This document shows positions 31,765 through 38,520 of a DNA stretch of 38,520 bases, in pieces (the first letter of the stretch is position 1; every line of letters starts with the position of its first letter). The stretch is from Octopus bimaculoides. Taxonomy: Eukaryota. The position numbers and the translations under genes were made by a program. The stretch spans positions 21,089,865-21,128,384 of the forward strand of contig NC_068986.1 of the NCBI RefSeq assembly GCF_001194135.2, read 5' to 3'. The notes under the pieces are model-generated. The model searched no databases. It was not told the DNA's origin and was given only the letters and a program-made list of their open reading frames with translations.

Positions 31765-32074
31765 NNNNNNNNNNNNNNNNNNNNNNNNNNNNNNNNNNNN
31801 NNNNNNNNNNNNNNNNNNNNNNNNNNNNNNNNNNNNNNNNNNNNNNNNNNNNNNNNNNNNNNNNNNNNNNNNNNNNNNNNNNNNNNNNNNNNNNNNNNNN
31901 NNNNNNNNNNNNNNNNNNNNNNNNNNNNNNNNNNNNNNNNNNNNNNNNNNNNNNNNNNNNNNNNNNNNNNNNNNNNNNNNNNNNNNNNNNNNNNNNNNNN
32001 NNNNNNNNNNNNNNNNNNNNNNNNNNNNNNNNNNNNNNNNNNNNNNNNNNNNNNNATATATATATATATATACA

Positions 32075-32190
32075 TACGACGGGCTTCTTTCAGTTTCTGT
32101 CTACCAAATCCACTGACAAAGCTTTGGTCGGCCCGAGGCTACAGCAGAAGACACTTGGCCAAAGTGCCACGTAGTGGGACTGAACTCGGA
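32075..32190 (-). mobile_element. Family E SINE
   Basis: tacgacgggcttctttcagtttctgtctaccaaatccac...gtagtgggactgaactcgg. Confidence 0.85.
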
Positions 32191-32489
32191 GTTATATTTT
32201 GTTGTCAAATAAATTCATTCGTTTTTCTTTTTTTACTTGGCACTCCATCGTAATATGATAAATATATCTTCGGTGTTAATTTGAATAATTTTGGAAAGGT
32301 TAAAGTAATTAGTGGTGGGGGGGACCAACTAATTTATCTGATAAGCAAATAGTTTCTTAAGAATTAATAATGGTGTTTTCTTCACATGCACACATACAGA
32401 CACATGTACACATACACACACGCACAAACACACAACCATACAGAGAGAGAAAGAAGGAGAGAGATAGAGAGACAATAATGTTTTCTAAG

Positions 32490-32525
<36 letters not shown>

Positions 32526-32924
32526 CGTCAAATCGCTTGCGAAATTACTGGTTAGAAATCAGCAGTTTGTAAAACGAGCAGCTAAGCGATCATACATTTG
32601 AATATAAAGGATGGCAAGCGAGAAAGAAAGGAGGGTTTTAAAAAAAGTGGGATCTCTATAATGGAAAGGGAGAATTTTGACAGTGCGGTGATAAAATAAC
32701 AAAAAGTGTGGGGATAAGTAAATGATAGAGCGAAAGAGAGAAAGTGAGAGGGAGGCAGAATTAGAGAGGTGGAGTGATAAAATAAAAAAAATATCGTAGC
32801 GGAGGTGAAAGAATGAGAGAGAGAGAGAGAGGAAGAGACAGAGGGAGAGAAATTCGTGAATATGGTGCATATATGTATGTGTGTAGGAGTAATAGTTCTT
32901 AGAAGCGTATAGCGAAAAATATTC

Positions 32925-33092
32925 TTTTCTACTCTAAGCACAAGGTCCGAAATTTTGGGGGAGGGAGCCAGTCGATTAGATCGACCGCAATACGCAACTG
33001 GTATTTAATTTGTCGAAAGAGTAAAAGGCAAAAGTCGACCTCAGCTAAGCATTTCGCCCGGCGTGCTAACTTTTCTGCCAGCTCGCCACCTT
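32925..33092 (-). mobile_element. Family A SINE with an internal deletion
   Basis: Joins aaagtcgacctc directly to agctaagcatttcgcccgg. Confidence 0.85.
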
Positions 33093-33209
33093 GTACAGCG
33101 AAAATTATTAGTAATTATAAATAGAGGCATCATTTCTTTATTTATATAGAAATATATAAAGTCTGGGTTTTCCTCCGAAAATGATAGATCACTACTTATC
33201 TTTACTTGC

Positions 33210-33240
<31 letters not shown>

Positions 33241-33398
33241 CCTTTGTCTTGCTCGGGTTAAGATGAATTCTTGGGTTCATCTCAATTTATGACACTTTAG
33301 GCAAATGAGTAGATGGAATCTGTGTAGAAGCCCGTTGGATTAACTCTAATATAAAGCTACATTTAGAAATGTATATACGTAAAAATGAATATTCGTAA

Positions 33399-33585
33399 AA
33401 GCGGCGAACTGGCAGATTCGTTAGCACGCCGGATAAAATGCTTTGTGACATTTTTCTGGTTTTGAGTTCAAATACCACTGATGTTGACCTTTCCTTTTAG
33501 GATCAGGAAAATAAGTATATGTTAAACAATGGGGTCGATGTAATCGACTAACCCCCTCCCCAAAAATTTCAGGCTCTGTGCCTGC
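33399..33585 (+). mobile_element. Family A SINE (diverged)
   Basis: gcggcgaactggcagattcgttagcacgccgg...gagttcaaat. Confidence 0.85.
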
Positions 33586-33648
33586 ATATAACATGTATAA
33601 AATGTGCGTACATATGAATATAGATCAGGTAATATTACGTCTGCTGAC

Positions 33649-33712
33649 TCCGCAGAGGTCGACTTTACCTTTCATCCTTTCGGGATTTATAAGCTAGAGT
33701 AGAAAAAATATC
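33649..33712 (+). mobile_element. 64-bp family A-derived insert with 12-bp TSD
   Basis: ACGTCTGCTGAC at 33637-33648 and 33713-33724. Confidence 0.75.
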
Positions 33713-36272
33713 ACGTCTGCTGACACAAGGTAAGAAGTACATACACGTTTGTGCTCAGATCGACTTGCTGCCTAAATTTCAGTTTGAATTGCAACTAAAA
33801 GAACAGGTGTGTTATAACTGCCTAATGAATGTTGGCGATAAGTAGTGTTTCAATGAAGAAGGAATGTATATAACAGAATAAAATAATAGACAGGTAAACA
33901 ATTGGTTTCAAGTTAATTTATGACATGTATATATTCAAACATTGACGCAACATGAGGGTAGAATTGGATGTTACGGAAGTTCAACATTTGAAGCTCACCG
34001 AAGTATAGCTCCCGCTACCGTGATTACTTCTTACAAAGGCTCTATCTCATTCTTCCTCTGATGATGGAATACATCACATGCTGATTGTTGATCGTTTGCT
34101 GGGAAATGCACCATGTACGCATTTATTCTTGAAACAGCTGTAGGAGACTTCTACACATATTCTTTCTGCCTTTCTCATTTTAGCTTTGGATTCTACATAC
34201 GATGATCAGCTTTATCGAATACCAATATTTAGGACTTGCCATATAACCTTGATAGCAAACACCATAGTCATTAAGAATATTTCTCAACCGATCTTTTATC
34301 GACTTCTTGTGGTATAAACTCTTGTAACATTCAATTCTTCCCTCGTGTTGTGCCAATGTTTAAATATAAAAATGCCACAGCCTGACCTGACATCAGCTAT
34401 TTGCTCGTTTGTATTTTTATTCAATTATATGGGAATATACGTATAATGTGTGTGTGGTTATTCATCTTTGTATTTGATGGAAAACCATAAACATACAATG
34501 TGTGCATATGTATGTGTGAGCATACGTATGTGTGTGCATGTATATGTGTGAGCATAAGTATATGTGTGCAAAGCGTCACAAATCAATTAAGCGATACAAC
34601 ACTGTTAATTACGAGGTCATTAATCAAATTTAACGAGGGATTTCGCAGAGAAAATTAACAACCATTAATAACTGATTAACCTTCAATTAAACTTTTTTAG
34701 TAGAGTTGTCAATTGTTCACTGCTTTCTGCTGTGACTGACTTCTGTCGTTTTTGGTCTCCTTTGCCCCATCTTCTCTCTCTCTCCTTCTCTCTCTCTTTC
34801 CTTTTCTGTCTCTACCTCTTTATTTATCTGTCTGTCTATCTCTCTATCTATCTCTCGAGTATCTATCGATTGCTTACGTGAGAGCAATCATTTATGAACT
34901 TCAGCATTTCTAAAGCTGTAAATTGTTTCAAACAACTCTTAATAGATAAAAACATAATTCCATTGTTTAGTCAATTTATCTTTTTGTTGTGGGTTTAAAT
35001 AAGCCTTCGTTGAAGAGAAGTTTCTCAGCAATCATAAAAAGGTAGAGGGATCTCTATACCAGCAGTACGTTTTGTGATAAGACTTTCCAAACTAAAATCA
35101 AACCAAACTATTAAACTTCAGTTTATAATAATATCTTAAACCAAATACAGGACAACGCTCTTTATAACAGCCGATATAACTCGTTATAAATCAAGCGACA
35201 ACACTAAAAGACTAATTTCGATGCAAGTAATACAGAGTGCACCATTTTTACATTAATTACCATATTTACATGTGTAGAATTCATTCTATTTTATGCTTGA
35301 TTTTAACTTTAAAAAATCTGGGTGCAATTTCCATACCAGCCCGATTTATACACGAGAAAAAACAGCAAATCATTAAAACGGAAAGGGAAAATGAATTTGT
35401 GCAAATTGACAGTGCTGTACCTAAAGATTATGTTACAAAATTTTAGTAAATATTAGTTTAGAATCGTGACATTAAAAAAGTTATAAAAACCAACTTGAAG
35501 CCCGAGCACCATATGTTGTCCAGGCCTGTTGTTATAACCACATCGAAAACTTTCTTCCACTGAATTTAAGAATATGTTTTTTAAGTTAAGGAAAACATTG
35601 TTTTCATTTTTGAAATGAGAAATTCTCGATAGAATTTTTCGTTGTTTATATTTTAAATATTAGTTTGGAGTATTATAATACTTTGAAGGGTTTTGTGTAT
35701 ATTAAATGCCAGNNNNNNNNNNNNNNNNNNNNNNNNNNNNNNNNNNNNNNNNNNNNNNNNNNNNNNNNNNNNNNNNNNNNNNNNNNNNNNNNNNNNNNNN
35801 NNNNNNNNNNNNNNNNNNNNNNNNNNNNNNNNNNNNNNNNNNNNNNNNNNNNNNNNNNNNNNNNNNNNNNNNNNNNNNNNNNNNNNNNNNNNNNNNNNNN
35901 NNNNNNNNNNNNNNNNNNNNNNNNNNNNNNNNNNNNNNNNNNNNNNNNNNNNNNNNNNNNNNNNNNNNNNNNNNNNNNNNNNNNNNNNNNNNNNNNNNNN
36001 NNNNNNNNNNNNNNNNNNNNNNNNNNNNNNNNNNNNNNNNNNNNNNNNNNNNNNNNNNNNNNNNNNNNNNNNNNNNNNNNNNNNNNNNNNNNNNNNNNNN
36101 NNNNNNNNNNNNNNNNNNNNNNNNNNNNNNNNNNNNNNNNNNNNNNNNNNNNNNNNNNNNNNNNNNNNNNNNNNNNNNNNNNNNNNNNNNNNNNNNNNNN
36201 NNNNNNNNNNNNNNNNNNNNNNNNNNNNNNNNNNNNNNNNNNNNNNNNNNNNNNNNNNNNNNNNNNNNNNNN

Positions 36273-36575
36273 CGTAGGATCGCGGTTTCGATTCCCAGAC
36301 CGGGCGTTGTGAGTGAACCTTGCTGCATTCTTTCATCACTCTTTCTTCCTGTGTCTGTTATACCCGTATTTCAAAGGGCCAGCTTTGTCACACTCTGTGT
36401 CACGCTAAATCTCCCCGAAACTACGTTAAACGTACACGTCAACGTATTTAATCGACCCCGAAAGGATGAAAGGTACAGTCGAAAGCGGTGAAATTTGAAC
36501 TCAGAACGTAACGGCAGACGAAATATCGCTAACTAATTCGCCCGGCGTGCTGACGATTCTGCCAGCAAACCACCT
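36273..36575. mobile_element. Family B fragment (+, 36273-36432) fused to a family A fragment (-, 36446-36575)
   Basis: Read by comparison with the other copies in the window. Confidence 0.8.
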
Positions 36576-36689
36576 TACTTTATATAAACAGTTATGAGCG
36601 GTAACGTGGTTGGCCCACTATATGCTTTGAACGGTATAACAACATTTTACGCTAGTTAGTTATTACTAACCGAAAGCAAAAAGAAAAAA

Positions 36690-36752
36690 AGACGATGCAA
36701 AGCGCACTGTGACCGGCGATGTATAACAGTATCCGTTAGTCTGGTCGATCAT
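36690..36752 (-). mobile_element. Family D repeat fragment
   Basis: Reverse-complement similarity to 23475-23530. Confidence 0.65.
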
Positions 36753-36809
36753 GTGGTGTGCGTATATATATAAATATATATACATATGCACGTACACACA
36801 GACACATAT

Positions 36810-36853
<44 letters not shown>

Positions 36854-36892
36854 GTACGCGCACACAAACATATATATGTATGTACATGTTTG

Positions 36893-37230
36893 TCCCTTCT
36901 CGAGCCATGCCTGGTTCATCAGGGCCGGTTTCCTTGGCGAATAGGTTCCCCACTGAGACTGGACGCCGAACCATCGCAGAAATGCGCCCTTTTAAAATCT
37001 AGCCAAGCTCATGGGCCCGGTTTCCCGATTTCAATGGTGTATGCGTTCCCCAGGTGGACGGGACGCCAGTCCATCGCAGCGTTACTCATTTTTGCCAACT
37101 GAGTGAACTGGAGCAACGAGAAATGATGTGTTTTGCTCAAGAACACAATGCGTCGCCCGGTCCAGGAATTGAAACCACAATCTTACGATCATGATGCTGA
37201 CACTCTAATCACTAAGCCACGCACCTCCAC
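36893..37230 (-). mobile_element. Family C SINEs: same tRNA head as family B, different body (36986-37230 full; 36893-36980 variant fragment)
   Basis: Head ccacaatcttacgatc...cactaagccacgc; the body contains GCGATGGACTGGCGTCCCGTCC, reminiscent (from memory) of Meta/V-SINE conserved domains. Confidence 0.8.
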
Positions 37231-38098
37231 ATATAGATTATATACATATATATATATANNNNNNNNNNNNNNNNNNNNNNNNNNNNNNNNNNNNNNNNNN
37301 NNNNNNNNNNNNNNNNNNNNNNNNNNNNNNNNNNNNNNNNNNNNNNNNNNNNNNNNNNNNNNNNNNNNNNNNNNNNNNNNNNNNNNNNNNNNNNNNNNNN
37401 NNNNNNNNNNNNNNNNNNNNNNNNNNNNNNNNNNNNNNNNNNNNNNNNNNNNNNNNNNNNNNNNNNNNNNNNNNNNNNNNNNNNNNNNNNNNNNNNNNNN
37501 NNNNNNNNNNNNNNNNNNNNNNNNNNNNNNNNNNNNNNNNNNNNNNNNNNNNNNNNNNNNNNNNNNNNNNNNNNNNNNNNNNNNNNNNNNNNNNNNNNNN
37601 NNNNNNNNNNNNNNNNNNNNNNNNNNNNNNNNNNNNNNNNNNNNNNNNNNNNNNNNNNNNNNNNNNNNNNNNNNNNNNNNNNNNNNNNNNNNNNNNNNNN
37701 NNNNNNNNNNNNNNNNNNNNNNNNNNNNNNNNNNNNNNNNNNNNNNNNNNNNNNNNNNNNNNNNNNNNNNNNNNNNNNNNNNNNNNNNNNNNNNNNNNNN
37801 NNNNNNNNNNNNNNNNNNNNNNNNNNNNNNNNNNNNNNNNNNNNNNNNNNNNNNNNNNNNNNNNNNNNNNNNNNNNNNNNNNNNNNNNNNNNNNNNNNNN
37901 NNNNNNNNNNNNNNNNNNNNNNNNNNNNNNNNNNNNNNNNNNNNNNNNNNNNNNNNNNNNNNNNNNNNNNNNNNNNNNNNNNNNNNNNNNNNNNNNNNNN
38001 NNNNNNNNNNNNNNNNNNNNNNNNNNNNNNNNNNNNNNNNNNNNNNNNNNNNNNNNNNNNNNNNNNNNNNNNNNNNNNNNNNNNNNNNNNNNNNNNNN

Positions 38099-38169
<71 letters not shown>

Positions 38170-38184
38170 TACATATAAAACGAT

Positions 38185-38248
38185 AAGCGTCGCCCTTTCA
38201 AAGCCGAGCCAGGATCATGGGCCCGGTTTCCCGGTTTCTATGGCGTAT
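38185..38248 (-). mobile_element. 3' fragment of a family C SINE
   Basis: gccaggatcatgggcccggtttcccggtttctatggcgtatg. Confidence 0.75.
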
Positions 38249-38520
38249 GTATATATATACATATGCACATATATATACATATGCACATATATATATATAC
38301 ATACATATATATATATACACATATATTCATATATATATATACACACATATATATACATATATATACATATATATATATATACACATATATATACATATAT
38401 ATATACATATATATATACATATATATATGCATACATATCTATATATATACATATATATACATATATATGTACATACATATATATACATATATATGTACAT
38501 ACATATATATACATATATAT
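38249..38520. repeat. Degenerate (TA)n/(CATATA)n tract
   Basis: Read directly. Confidence 0.97.

Larger units (their letters stand above)
4043..38098. other. Ten assembly gaps: 4043-4368, 9323-9995, 11180-11279 (exactly 100 N), 12861-13046, 14071-14163, 24535-24720, 25548-25863, 31765-32055, 35713-36272, 37259-38098
   Basis: N runs totalling about 3571 nt, most bordered by microsatellites or SINEs. The coordinates given span first to last gap only. Confidence 0.99.

Noticed and set aside
33990-34330. Possible exon ending at minus donor TCG|GTGAGC (about 33999)
   Set aside because: All frames close within 100 nt, and there is no convincing acceptor or protein signature.
3797-38514. Long ORFs in the supplied track (e.g. 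3797-4420, 9133-10062, 25260-25970, 35653-36491, 37189-38201, 38215-38514)
   Set aside because: They are translations of N-runs, (CT)n, (CA)n, (TA)n tracts or SINEs, with no coding signature.

Overview
This is eukaryotic, AT-rich, repeat-dense DNA, not prokaryotic. The SINE families, microsatellite load and scaffold gaps match my recollection of Octopus (probably the O. bimaculoides short-read assembly); no database search was run. About 3.57 kb (9%) is N-gap. No complete protein-coding gene, tRNA, rRNA or CRISPR array can be supported, and most ORF-track entries are microsatellite, N-run or SINE artefacts. The only recognisable protein fragment is the C-terminus of an RLE-type (R4/Dong-like) non-LTR retrotransposon at 28935-29132. 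The rest looks like intronic/promoter sequence with many tRNA-derived SINEs (working labels A-F, my own), a pogo/Tigger-like MITE, several CpG-richer promoter-like islands and candidate short exons on both strands. The best leads are: (1) a ~160-bp diverged inverted duplicate (23251-23406 vs 27365-27527) whose conserved core is a GATA palindrome, a conserved hairpin and an extended complement of miR-2; (2) a ~100-nt minus-strand hairpin at 30039-30140 with a miR-9-type seed; (3) a near-perfect SINE fold-back at 15633-16181; (4) an in-frame chain of minus-strand micro-exon candidates at 5184 to 393.
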